Below, one piece after another: positions 1 through 8,793 of a stretch of DNA of 52,395 nt. A model generated the notes under the pieces. That model had not been told where the DNA came from. It saw nothing but the letters and a program-made list of their open reading frames with translations, and did no database searches. Position 1 is the first letter of the stretch. Every line of letters starts with the position of its first letter. Both the position numbers and the translations under genes were made by a program. The DNA is from Fidelibacterota bacterium (GTDB taxonomy: Bacteria > Fidelibacterota > Marinisomatia > Marinisomatales > Marinisomataceae), in contig JABHGE010000027.1 of NCBI GenBank assembly GCA_018672235.1, forward strand, positions 1-52,395. The letters are read 5' to 3'.

Positions 1-43
1 ATTTCTAATCCGTAGGTCACAGGTTCAAATCCTGTCCGGGGTA
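1..43 (+). tRNA. tRNA-Arg(UCU), 3' part only (5' end lies outside the window); CCA not encoded
   Basis: Anticodon loop TT-TCT-AA, then TCCG, variable loop, T-arm ACAGG-TTCAAAT-CCTGT (19-35), acceptor 3' strand CCGGGGT and discriminator A at 43. Confidence 0.85.
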
Positions 44-912
44 CTCTTTTCTCTATCGATAAAGTCATTCATCAATTGCTGTAATATAAACCCAGATTTT
101 TCATTTAGATGAATATGATCACACAATAAGCTTAGTCTATATTTCTCTCCAATACGAGTCCAACTCCATCCAAAAATATAATATAATATAACAGCTCTTA
201 ATCCTCTAAATCTTCTCCACTCGCTAGTGGTATATGGCACGCTATTATTTATATCAATCATTTTATCAAACTGTTTGTATAAATCAATTAGAGTTAATTT
301 ATACTTCGCGGATAAATTTCTTATAATATTGTTATGTGATTGTACTACTTTTATAATCTCAGCTTCAGGCTGCTCTCCCAACCAAGACAATGTACTTATT
401 CCAATTCTAGCATTGGTCTTACTTTGGATTGCTATAATAAATTTTTCTAGTTCTGATGCATACCAATCAATATGGGGCGCTTGCGGTAGTCCTTTAGTAG
501 AAATATAGTACTCCTGGATATGCTTAATCTTTTGACTACCTATTGCATCATTTGTCCCAATTAAGATTGTCACATAATCAGGATTATATTTAATAATTTG
601 GTCTATCCGTTGATTTAAGTTCCATGTTAAATCTGCATTGATACCTGCATTGATATATATCTTTGATTGATCTTTCTGTCTTAGAGTGCTCACCCAGTCA
701 TATCCAATGTGCCCATGGGTAATACTGTCACCACAGCATACAACAACTGGCTTATCATTGCTCGGATCAATCTCAAATGTCCCTGCGGCCATATCTGGTA
801 ATTGCCATGACTTTCGAATTAATGGAAACTTATAAATGTTGGGTATTATATTATTTCTAAAAAAATAAAGTATAGAAATAATAAATAGTATGGCTACAGA
901 AACATATAGCAT
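25..912 (-). CDS. SGNH/GDSL-family hydrolase (lipase/esterase) with N-terminal membrane anchor
   Basis: Block I CGDSIT, block II NAGING-like NAGINA, block III GTND, block V DHIH; hydrophobic N-terminus. Confidence 0.88.
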   Translation of the reverse strand: MLYVSVAILFIISILYFFRNNIIPNIYKFPLIRKSWQLPDMAAGTFEIDPSNDKPVVVCCGDSITHGHIGYDWVSTLRQKDQSKIYINAGINADLTWNLNQRIDQIIKYNPDYVTILIGTNDAIGSQKIKHIQEYYISTKGLPQAPHIDWYASELEKFIIAIQSKTNARIGISTLSWLGEQPEAEIIKVVQSHNNIIRNLSAKYKLTLIDLYKQFDKMIDINNSVPYTTSEWRRFRGLRAVILYYIFGWSWTRIGEKYRLSLLCDHIHLNEKSGFILQQLMNDFIDREKSTPDRI

Positions 913-1047
913 GTTATTAACGATTTAGTGAACCTAATGTGTTTTTAATTTCTGGAGAAATTTGACCAATCGAATAGGTAACCTTTGTTAAATTTTTTAT
1001 GGGATGATTCATGGTGTGATAAATCTAGATGAAACTATAGCGAAAAA

Positions 1048-2010
1048 CTAGTGGATTTCTGGAAGCTTAAATGCTGCAACTCGACGATCATTATCAACTG
1101 CATATAAATACCAATGTCCATGCATATACGCCGTAGCAATGCCGTCAGTATTGGATACATCTTTCAAGTATAGCGTATGCATATATTCAAAAGATTCCCT
1201 ATCAAAGAGATGAAATTTATTATCTGTCTCACTTTGTTCGGTAACAATCCAATAACCAGTAATGTTAGATGTTTGAACGAGTGCTATTCCTTCAGGATCT
1301 GCTGTAAATACAAAATCTTGGAGTTTTGCACTTATGTTATCACCGCTATTCAAATCAAGAACAGCAATCTTATAATGTTCTTTATTTTCATCTGCAACCA
1401 ATAATGTTTTATTAGATGAATCAACCATAATACTTTCTACCTGATAGAGAGTTTCTTCTCCAAATATTGTAGAAGAAGTTATAGAAAATGAATCTTTTTC
1501 ATAAAGAAATTCAAAAGATATAATTCTATCATTTTTAGGTGTATCATATTCATAACTATCTGTGATAAAAATTTGATATACTCCATCTGACTTTTTATAG
1601 CTTGTAATGCCATATGGTTGACGTAAAATATCTGTTCCGAAAGTACCAAGAAATTTCATTGAGGTATTAAAAACAGCTACTTGGTGTGTATCTCTTTCAG
1701 TAATCAACACTAATTGGTCATCAACAATATTAACTCCATTAGGGTAGGCATTAGGCCTGTCAATTGTCTGTTTTAATTCACCGCTCATAGCATTATAGAT
1801 ATATAATTTATTGGTATCTTTCCCGGTTACAACTATGACATGTTTTCGCATTAGAAACCCTATACTATCAATACCAGCATCTGCGACTGATTCGGTATAA
1901 AATAATGAATCAGACAATATGATTTTATCATTAGACTGACAACCGTATGTGAATAGTAATACTATTGATATAGTAAACATATTGACCATACTCTTAAAAC
2001 TATAGGTCAT
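1048..2010 (-). CDS. Beta-propeller (Ca-dependent) phytase-like lipoprotein
   Basis: Lipobox-like TYGC; propeller repeats with YPNGV, QPYGI, QVESIMVD, DPEGIAL and TDGIA, as in beta-propeller 3-phytases. Confidence 0.7.
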   Translation of the reverse strand: MTYSFKSMVNMFTISIVLLFTYGCQSNDKIILSDSLFYTESVADAGIDSIGFLMRKHVIVVTGKDTNKLYIYNAMSGELKQTIDRPNAYPNGVNIVDDQLVLITERDTHQVAVFNTSMKFLGTFGTDILRQPYGITSYKKSDGVYQIFITDSYEYDTPKNDRIISFEFLYEKDSFSITSSTIFGEETLYQVESIMVDSSNKTLLVADENKEHYKIAVLDLNSGDNISAKLQDFVFTADPEGIALVQTSNITGYWIVTEQSETDNKFHLFDRESFEYMHTLYLKDVSNTDGIATAYMHGHWYLYAVDNDRRVAAFKLPEIH

Positions 2011-2011
2011 A

Positions 2012-2959
2012 TTAGAATTGGAATTGGAAGTTTATTCCAAAGGTTGTAGTTCCGTCGTTAGAGCGAATATTTGGTGAGACCATCAATCCATTAGTAGGTG
2101 CAAATTCCATTGCAATTAATGCATAGTTAGTATCATCATTTCCAGAGACCATATCATATTTAGCTACTAGGGTCTGTTTAGCCTTAATAGAATAGTTTAA
2201 GTAAAGAGAGGTAAGGCTATCATTATAATTGCCACCTAATAGTCCAGAGTCTTTTAATTGATTCCATTCTGCTCCAAGGCGCAATTTGTCCTTCGCATAA
2301 CCACCGAATACTCCAAATACTTTTTTAGTATGTTCTCCTGCTGGCTCTTCTGGGATAGTTATTTCACCGTCTCTATCGTAAGGCTCATGAGAAAATACTG
2401 CTCCAATATTAAATCCATCTGATTTGGTTAGATTAGTATTTCCATAAATAAGTTGTAAAGATAATTTCTTATGCGAATCTGTCTCTGATTTTTTATAACC
2501 AGTACCATTTGTAACTAAAATACTACCATAAAATTTATCTTTTGACTGGTAGTATCCTATCCCCATATCAGCAGGACTAGAATATTTAAAACGATCCATA
2601 ATAGTTTTATCAAGGTATCGTTTTCCCCAATTTGTCTCTTGAACTTTAAACATATTCATACCTTGTAAGCCAATAACAACTTTACCGTTGAGTGTTTTCC
2701 AATCTACCTTTGCATTTTTAAGATAAATATTTTGAGGAGAACTATTTGTATCTACATCTGTTTGAATACTTACTGAAAGTTCCTCAGAAATTGACTTAGA
2801 GAATGTTAAATAAACTCGCTTTAAAGCAAATCCATCTACTTGAGCGCTATCATCCGAATTGGTATAATCAAAAAAAACTTTTCCATTAATATCTTGTGCA
2901 ATTAATGTTGAGAAAATAAGCAATAACATTATATGCCATTTTTTAATTAGTAATATCAT
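2012..2959 (-). CDS. Outer-membrane beta-barrel porin, phosphate-selective porin (OprO/OprP)-like
   Basis: Signal peptide, alternating beta-strands, F-x-L-K-R-V-Y-L motif, YLKNA, NGTG, C-terminal FQFQF; AGAGGA RBS upstream; abuts the phytase gene. Confidence 0.65.
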   Translation of the reverse strand: MILLIKKWHIMLLLIFSTLIAQDINGKVFFDYTNSDDSAQVDGFALKRVYLTFSKSISEELSVSIQTDVDTNSSPQNIYLKNAKVDWKTLNGKVVIGLQGMNMFKVQETNWGKRYLDKTIMDRFKYSSPADMGIGYYQSKDKFYGSILVTNGTGYKKSETDSHKKLSLQLIYGNTNLTKSDGFNIGAVFSHEPYDRDGEITIPEEPAGEHTKKVFGVFGGYAKDKLRLGAEWNQLKDSGLLGGNYNDSLTSLYLNYSIKAKQTLVAKYDMVSGNDDTNYALIAMEFAPTNGLMVSPNIRSNDGTTTFGINFQFQF

Positions 2960-2983
2960 AATTATATGTCCTCTGTTTTGAAT

Positions 2984-3023
2984 TGTAATTGAAATTATTA
3001 AAAAAATATTAGAAACATGTTAA
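2984..3023 (-). promoter_or_regulatory. Putative Pho-box-like direct repeats upstream of the porin-phytase operon
   Basis: Minus strand reads TTAACA-n5-CTAATA-n5-TTAATA-n6-ATTACA, an 11-bp period resembling the TT(A/T/C)ACA PhoP-type box; AT-richness weakens the match. Confidence 0.4.
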
Positions 3024-3025
3024 AA

Positions 3026-3823
3026 TTATTCAACAATATCTAGTAATTCCATTTGAAAAATAAGAGTAGAGGATGGTGGGATGACATATTCTCCGAGTTC
3101 TGCGCCTGGAATTCCTCCATCTCCATACGCTAGATTATAAGGTACATAGAGCTCCCATTTTGATCCAACAGACATCAGTAATACGGCTTCTTGCCAACCT
3201 GCAATGAACCGTCCTACTTCAAGCGTTAACGGTTTTCCTGCATCGTAACTACTGTCAAATTTATGTCCATCAATTAGATACCCGCTGTAATGCATGACAA
3301 CCGTATCATCATAATCTGGAATTGCACCAGAACCTTGTAGAATAACTTTATATTGTAACCCACTACGCTCACGAACAAGCACTCCTTCTTTCATTTTATT
3401 TTCATCTAAAAATTCTTGTCCTAACATTTTATTCTCTCTAGATAATTTCTTGGCAGATTCTGTAGCAAATTGCATTTGGTCTCTCTCTATTTGTGAGGTT
3501 CTTACAGTAAACTCTCTTAATATTGTTTGTCTATCTACGTTATTTATTCTTGGTTCTTTGTTATTTAAATAATCATTTAATCCCTGCTGAATAAGATCAT
3601 GATTAAATTCAGCCTCAGGTAAATTTTTTCCCATGACACTACCAATTGAATAACTTAATGAATCTTCAAAAGTAATCATTAATTGATCGTCAGCTTCATT
3701 GACTGCATTGTTATCGGTAGAACATGCAGCTATAGATAATATGAGAATGACTATGATGCCACTAAACATCCATGAGATAAAATCTTTAGTATTTATGTCT
3801 TTTAATTGTCTATAATATTTCAT
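3026..3823 (-). CDS. FKBP-type peptidyl-prolyl cis-trans isomerase (FkpA/Mip-like lipoprotein)
   Basis: DSLSYSIG N-domain, SGLQYKV, HYSG...FDSS, IAGWQEA, LAYG, IPPSSTLIF; lipobox IAAC. Confidence 0.95.
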   Translation of the reverse strand: MKYYRQLKDINTKDFISWMFSGIIVILILSIAACSTDNNAVNEADDQLMITFEDSLSYSIGSVMGKNLPEAEFNHDLIQQGLNDYLNNKEPRINNVDRQTILREFTVRTSQIERDQMQFATESAKKLSRENKMLGQEFLDENKMKEGVLVRERSGLQYKVILQGSGAIPDYDDTVVMHYSGYLIDGHKFDSSYDAGKPLTLEVGRFIAGWQEAVLLMSVGSKWELYVPYNLAYGDGGIPGAELGEYVIPPSSTLIFQMELLDIVE

Positions 3824-3859
3824 TCTTTATAATATTTGTTAAGTATGCTTGTGTGTGTG

Positions 3860-3888
3860 ATTCTATAATTTTTAACTAGAAGAGTAAA
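3860..3888 (-). promoter_or_regulatory. Putative sigma70 promoter for the FKBP gene
   Basis: TTTACT-17 bp-TAGAAT on the minus strand in the 71-nt intergenic region. Confidence 0.45.
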
Positions 3889-3894
3889 GTAAAA

Positions 3895-4728
3895 TTATCT
3901 ACCATCCTTATAGCCTGTATGCTCATCCATCATATTATTTAATCCATATAAACTGCTAAACTTTATCAATAAAGAACTAGGTAATAGCGCTCTCAATAAT
4001 ACAGATTGATTCATAATCCATGGAATTTTAGGTGAGTGAAATCCAAAACGAATTGCTCTATTCACAATAACTTTTGCAACAACATCATGAGATTTAATGC
4101 CTGGTGCGAATATGGAGCCTAAGATATTTAGCTTAGTTCCTTCAAATAGCCCTTTTTTCAAAAAATTAGGGTGAATAGAAGAAAATCTTACTCCTTTTTT
4201 ATTCATCTTAATGGCTTCTAATCTTAAAGATTCTGTTAGTCCCATTACGGCCCATTTTGTTGCAGCATATATTGCTAGTTTAGGAGCACCAATTAATGAA
4301 GAGGCTGATGAGATATTAATAATATGGCCTTTATTTTTTTCTAACATTGCAGGCATAAAAGATCTAATAGTATAAATCATAGACGTAAAATTAACATTAA
4401 TCATATTTTCTAATTCTTCATCTGAACGATCTAGCATATAGCCCGTATATACTGTTCCAGCATTATTAATTAAAATATCAACATCTCCAATATCTTTTTT
4501 AATGATTGCTGCATTACGATAGACCTGTTCTTTGTTTGTCACATCACAAACCTGAGAAAATACATTATGTCCTTCAGCTTTTAGAGACTTAACAGCATCT
4601 TCTAAATCGTTTGGCTGAAAATCCCAAAGGATAACTTTAGCATCTTTTTTGAGTAGTCGTTTAACGGTTGCGAGTCCAATGCCTTTAGCAGCTCCGGTGA
4701 CCAATACAATTTTATTTTTAAGATTCAT
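3895..4728 (-). CDS. Short-chain dehydrogenase/reductase (classical SDR)
   Basis: TGAAKGIG, NNAG and YAATK catalytic motif. Confidence 0.93.
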   Translation of the reverse strand: MNLKNKIVLVTGAAKGIGLATVKRLLKKDAKVILWDFQPNDLEDAVKSLKAEGHNVFSQVCDVTNKEQVYRNAAIIKKDIGDVDILINNAGTVYTGYMLDRSDEELENMINVNFTSMIYTIRSFMPAMLEKNKGHIINISSASSLIGAPKLAIYAATKWAVMGLTESLRLEAIKMNKKGVRFSSIHPNFLKKGLFEGTKLNILGSIFAPGIKSHDVVAKVIVNRAIRFGFHSPKIPWIMNQSVLLRALLPSSLLIKFSSLYGLNNMMDEHTGYKDGR

Positions 4729-4730
4729 AA

Positions 4731-5705
4731 TTATAATGCACTATACCATTGTATACCATATGCGAGAGAAACACTAATCATCAACCCTAACATCAATCTA
4801 AGGAAATCCTTATATAGCATTGGGAAGATAGCTTTTTTGTGTCGACTAGTGTAGGTTAGTTCTCCATAACCAATAGACATCCAAATTCCAAGCTCTCTAC
4901 CTGCTAACATTCCCATAAAAACAAATGTAGTACTCATTGGAATATTATTCACTTCTTTAAAATAGTATAATACAAAGCAATAGACTAAATCAATCAGTGT
5001 AGCAGAGCGAACATATCTTGTATTAGTTTTTGATAAGACAATTTCTTGTATTCTTCCACCGCGCTCATAAAACATAAATGCTAAACCTAGAAGCATTGTA
5101 CCAATAACAAAAAATTCAAAGTAGGAATCTTGAACAGAAGAATATCTTGGTAAAAATACCATAATATTTGCTAAATCATGTTTTAGCCATGTTGACCATA
5201 ACCAACCTGTAGTCACCCATTGGCCTATTCTCCAATAGTTATTATTTTTATTTTTGCCTTTTTCGCCTTCATTCAGAAAGTACTTACTAATTAGATACCA
5301 AGATCCCCAAGCAAAAACAAACGATACCGCATAGCCTAAAAAACTTTTTAATAACATCTTCTCCATTACAACCGATGATGCAAATACAGATAGCACTAAA
5401 AATGTGGTAGATACTGGTATTTTTAATCGCGTCAATGCTACCAGAACTAGTGGGGCTACTGCATGATACCATTTTATATCTATTGGTGGGAACTTATCCA
5501 ATCTTCCAAAAGCTGGATCACCGCCATTGAAACCTTGTAGCATAGTTACTAGGAAGATAGATCCCATATATGCAAACATCCAATACCACTTGATATCATT
5601 ATTAGACGAAATATATGTTCCTAATGTTTGAATACTGTCGTTAGCTGTAACTGCATAGACAGCGAAAAGAAATCCGAGTAGGGACCAAAGTGTAAGAAAG
5701 TCCAT
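4731..5705 (-). CDS. Integral membrane protein, divergent PiT/PHO4-like phosphate transporter
   Basis: Multiple TM segments; internal repeats ANDSIQTLGT / HDLAN and PVSTT / PMSTT mirror the two PiT signature repeats. Confidence 0.6.
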   Translation of the reverse strand: MDFLTLWSLLGFLFAVYAVTANDSIQTLGTYISSNNDIKWYWMFAYMGSIFLVTMLQGFNGGDPAFGRLDKFPPIDIKWYHAVAPLVLVALTRLKIPVSTTFLVLSVFASSVVMEKMLLKSFLGYAVSFVFAWGSWYLISKYFLNEGEKGKNKNNNYWRIGQWVTTGWLWSTWLKHDLANIMVFLPRYSSVQDSYFEFFVIGTMLLGLAFMFYERGGRIQEIVLSKTNTRYVRSATLIDLVYCFVLYYFKEVNNIPMSTTFVFMGMLAGRELGIWMSIGYGELTYTSRHKKAIFPMLYKDFLRLMLGLMISVSLAYGIQWYSAL

Positions 5706-5762
5706 TTTATGCCCTTTTAATTAAGTTGAAATAATATAATGAAATTAATAAACATTACTTTG

Positions 5763-5835
5763 CTCCGGAGGAGAGACTCGAACTCCCGACCTGGTGATTA
5801 ACAGTCACTCGCTCTACCAACTGAGCTACTCCGGA
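5763..5835 (-). tRNA. tRNA-Asn(GUU); CCA not encoded
   Basis: TCCGGAG-TA-GCTC AGTTGGTA GAGC-G-AGTGA CT-GTT-AA TCACC-AGGTC-GGGAG TTCGAGT CTCTC-CTCCGGA-G; full cloverleaf with an A27.C43 mismatch. Confidence 0.95.
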
Positions 5836-5881
5836 ATATGATTTGGAATTTTTAATATTATTATCGAAAAAACAAGGAATA

Positions 5882-7738
5882 TTACACCTCAAGCTCAATA
5901 ATTAAATCTTTCGATAAATCAAACTGTGCATGCTTATATACATCTTTTGATATAATAACTCCATCAAATTTAGTTACTGACCCAAGATTAGCATGTGTAG
6001 ACTTTAATCCACCCAAGTACCAACGCTTGTCACTAATATAAATAAGGTCTCCTGGATTACCTTTAATTTGATCCATATATTTCTGCGGTAAACATACTTT
6101 ATTATTCTCATCTTCAGACACTATAATCTCACTTCCAGGAACTGTAATAGTAATACCAGCATTTGGATTTACTTTCGAGCCTTTGAAATATTCAGCTCCG
6201 TCCCTAATTGTCCAAAGAGTTAATCCCTTAATATTATCATAATTTTTTGGTGGTTTTGTTAATAAGGTTACAATCACTCCAATAGAAACGCATGCTACAA
6301 GATTATATAATGCTCTGATATAGGAATATGGTTTTGCTTCTACAAATTCAATTCCATGCGCAAAAGGAGTAATAAGCTCAAAAGGATACATTAATCCTAA
6401 TACAATAAACATTGAACCCACTACGAAACTTAATACAGCTGCTTGCGCAGAAAAACGTTGCCAAAAGATTCCTAAAAATATAATAGTAACCATAGGTGGA
6501 GTTACTACACTATGGAATGCTCCATGGGCTTCATAAATAGTGCCATACTGTGCAAATAAAAATGCTGCTGCTATTCCTACCACTGTTACTATTGCGGATG
6601 TTATCATGGCTACTTTCAAACGAGTTTTTTCTGAAGGATTTTTTGCTCGAGGTAAATATATATCATTAACAACAACTGCAGCTGATGCATTAATTTGAGA
6701 ATCTAGACTAGACATTAAGGCCGCTACAACCGCTGCTACTAAAAATGCAAATACTGCTTCTGAGGATGCTACAATTCCTGCAACTACAGTAAAAATACTA
6801 TTGGGATTTGTTGTTTCTGCAAGCACTTCAGGTGAAGTGTTTGTAATTGCTCTTGCTACCCAGCCAGCATTTGATACAGCAACCGTACCAATTGGTAAAA
6901 AGACCAATACATTCATCATCGTTGCTCGACGAGCATGTGCTACAGATCGGGAAGATAAAAAACGCATAATCACTGCTTGGTTCATGAAAGCAAATCCAAC
7001 AGATCCAACTACTCCATCTTGCCAGAATACACCAACGAAGTTAAAATCAGGTGGAGAATTAAAATCAGCTAATGGTAATTTATTAGTGATAGATAATGCA
7101 TTCCAGAAGATATCAAATCCTCCAAGATAGGCAATACCAAGTCCAAAAATTAATATTCCGGCAAAGAGCAATACTACTCCTTGTAAAAAGTCAGTAAAAA
7201 TAATTGCTGTCTGACCACCTAAGGAAACATATATCCCAGCAATCAATGCAATGACAACAATAATCGTTTCAATATCCCATCCTAAAATAGGTTGTAATAA
7301 TGAACCTAAAGCTAAAAGTCCAATTCCAATATAACCGATTAGATATAAAATCATTGTAAAGGTTGATAGATTTCTTACCCTCGAGTCAAAACGTCGTTCA
7401 AAATATTCTGGAATAGAATTTACTTTCATATAATAAATAATGGGAATCCAGCCAAATAAAAGTAGGGGCATAAAAAACCAATCATTCATATAAGTCATCG
7501 TCGAAGAAAAGCCATATTCGAATCCTTTGGATGCATACTTTGCAAAACTATGTGATCCAACTCCAGTTGCCAGCATAGACATTCCAATTAACCACCAGGA
7601 GAATCGTCTTCCACCAAAGAAAAAATCCTCTGTAGACTGATTATTACGTGCAAAAAACAATCCTGCACCCAATACAAAAGATACATAGAATATTAAAATA
7701 CCCCAAAAAAGTGGACTTGTAGCAATCTCAGGGGTCAT
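5882..7738 (-). CDS. Sodium:solute symporter (SSS/SLC5 family) with soluble C-terminal extension
   Basis: DFFFGGR, PEYFERRFD, GGQTAIIFTDFLQ, AALMSSLDSQINA; about 13-14 TM segments. Confidence 0.93.
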   Translation of the reverse strand: MTPEIATSPLFWGILIFYVSFVLGAGLFFARNNQSTEDFFFGGRRFSWWLIGMSMLATGVGSHSFAKYASKGFEYGFSSTMTYMNDWFFMPLLLFGWIPIIYYMKVNSIPEYFERRFDSRVRNLSTFTMILYLIGYIGIGLLALGSLLQPILGWDIETIIVVIALIAGIYVSLGGQTAIIFTDFLQGVVLLFAGILIFGLGIAYLGGFDIFWNALSITNKLPLADFNSPPDFNFVGVFWQDGVVGSVGFAFMNQAVIMRFLSSRSVAHARRATMMNVLVFLPIGTVAVSNAGWVARAITNTSPEVLAETTNPNSIFTVVAGIVASSEAVFAFLVAAVVAALMSSLDSQINASAAVVVNDIYLPRAKNPSEKTRLKVAMITSAIVTVVGIAAAFLFAQYGTIYEAHGAFHSVVTPPMVTIIFLGIFWQRFSAQAAVLSFVVGSMFIVLGLMYPFELITPFAHGIEFVEAKPYSYIRALYNLVACVSIGVIVTLLTKPPKNYDNIKGLTLWTIRDGAEYFKGSKVNPNAGITITVPGSEIIVSEDENNKVCLPQKYMDQIKGNPGDLIYISDKRWYLGGLKSTHANLGSVTKFDGVIISKDVYKHAQFDLSKDLIIELEV

Positions 7739-8019
7739 TGAACATACCTACTTAAAATTAATGCTGTTAATAAATATCCAACTAGAATGACTATATACAG
7801 TTGAGGCATATTATTTAATGCAGCAATTGTCATAATTAAATGAATAGAAGAGACGTAAATAAATCCCCAAATCAATACAAAAATCCATATTCTATAATTA
7901 GTCCAAAATTCTTTATATCCATAGGCTTTAAAAATTGCAAAAAGACCACCCCCAAAAATGAATAGTCCAAAACTATATTGGTAAATAAAAGGTAGCCATG
8001 AATGTGAAAATAAATCCAT
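7735..8019 (-). CDS. Small 3-TM membrane protein, probable accessory partner of the SSS transporter
   Basis: Hydrophobic 94-aa ORF; ATGA overlap with the SSS gene and TAATG overlap with the HIT gene. Confidence 0.7.
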   Translation of the reverse strand: MDLFSHSWLPFIYQYSFGLFIFGGGLFAIFKAYGYKEFWTNYRIWIFVLIWGFIYVSSIHLIMTIAALNNMPQLYIVILVGYLLTALILSRYVQ

Positions 8020-8513
8020 TAGCTCAATGCCTCAAAGGAAGGTTTTAACAAATCATATGTATCATGTAATCCTTGTGCCATAACTTTAGTTGACCCTACT
8101 ACTGGCATAAAACTGGTATCTGAAGACCATCGTGGAACAATATGGAAATGTAGATGACTTTCAATAGATGCACCCGATCCCTTTCCTATATTGGCTCCAA
8201 AGTTGAATCCTTCACAATTTAAATGTGTTCTTAATATAGTCATTGTTTTTTTTGTTAACTGCATAATCTCTGATAAAATATTATCCTCTAAATCTTCTAT
8301 TGCATTTTTTTCTTCATATGGAACTACCATAAGATGCCCATTATTATATGGATAATAATTCATAATTACATAGCATGTTTTACCGCGATAAAGAATAAAA
8401 TTTTCTCTATCTTCATTTTCGTTGGGTTTATCAGAAAATATTTTCTGAGAATCATCTTTATTTTTTATGTACTCCATTTTCCATGGAGCCCATAAACGTT
8501 CTTTATGAGACAT
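8019..8513 (-). CDS. HIT-family nucleotide hydrolase (Ap4A phosphorylase/hydrolase-like)
   Basis: RLWAPW N-terminus, NYYPYNNGHLMVVP, HLHFHIVPR triad; start moved to the ATG at 8513 to reduce overlap. Confidence 0.92.
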   Translation of the reverse strand: MSHKERLWAPWKMEYIKNKDDSQKIFSDKPNENEDRENFILYRGKTCYVIMNYYPYNNGHLMVVPYEEKNAIEDLEDNILSEIMQLTKKTMTILRTHLNCEGFNFGANIGKGSGASIESHLHFHIVPRWSSDTSFMPVVGSTKVMAQGLHDTYDLLKPSFEALS

Positions 8514-8793
8514 ATTCATTATCCAATGCGACATTATCAATTAAATCTCTTAATACTGGTTTAATATATACGTTATCTAAATTCATCTTACTAAAACATT
8601 TTGCTAAAATATGTAGTCGTTGTTCTAATGGCTTATGCTTATTGATTACTACAACATTGTCAGCAAACAACATACAGCTATCTCCATTAAAATCACCCTT
8701 ATCTTGAATGATTTTAATATCAAATTTATGACCTAATTCAATAAAATCATCAAGAAGAATTTGATGTTTTTTATTTTTTGTTTTATAATTCAT
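8503..8793 (-). CDS. Hypothetical protein (96 aa)
   Basis: Fills the operon gap with ATGA coupling to the upstream gene; no family recognised with confidence. Confidence 0.7.
   Translation of the reverse strand: MNYKTKNKKHQILLDDFIELGHKFDIKIIQDKGDFNGDSCMLFADNVVVINKHKPLEQRLHILAKCFSKMNLDNVYIKPVLRDLIDNVALDNEYVS

Noticed and set aside
3850..3859. TGTGTGTGTG dinucleotide run upstream of the FKBP gene
   Set aside because: Too short to support phase variation, and it lies downstream of the -10 rather than in the spacer
5287..5472. 61-aa alternative-frame ORF inside the PiT-like gene (similarly 24961-25143)
   Set aside because: Fully nested in a conserved CDS, with no RBS or recognisable motif
5706..5762. 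Pho box upstream of the PiT-like gene
   Set aside because: No clear 11-bp periodic repeat, only AT-rich sequence
1..5835. Integrative element between the two tRNAs
   Set aside because: No integrase, no duplicated tRNA 3' end (att) and no obvious compositional shift; at most a variable region
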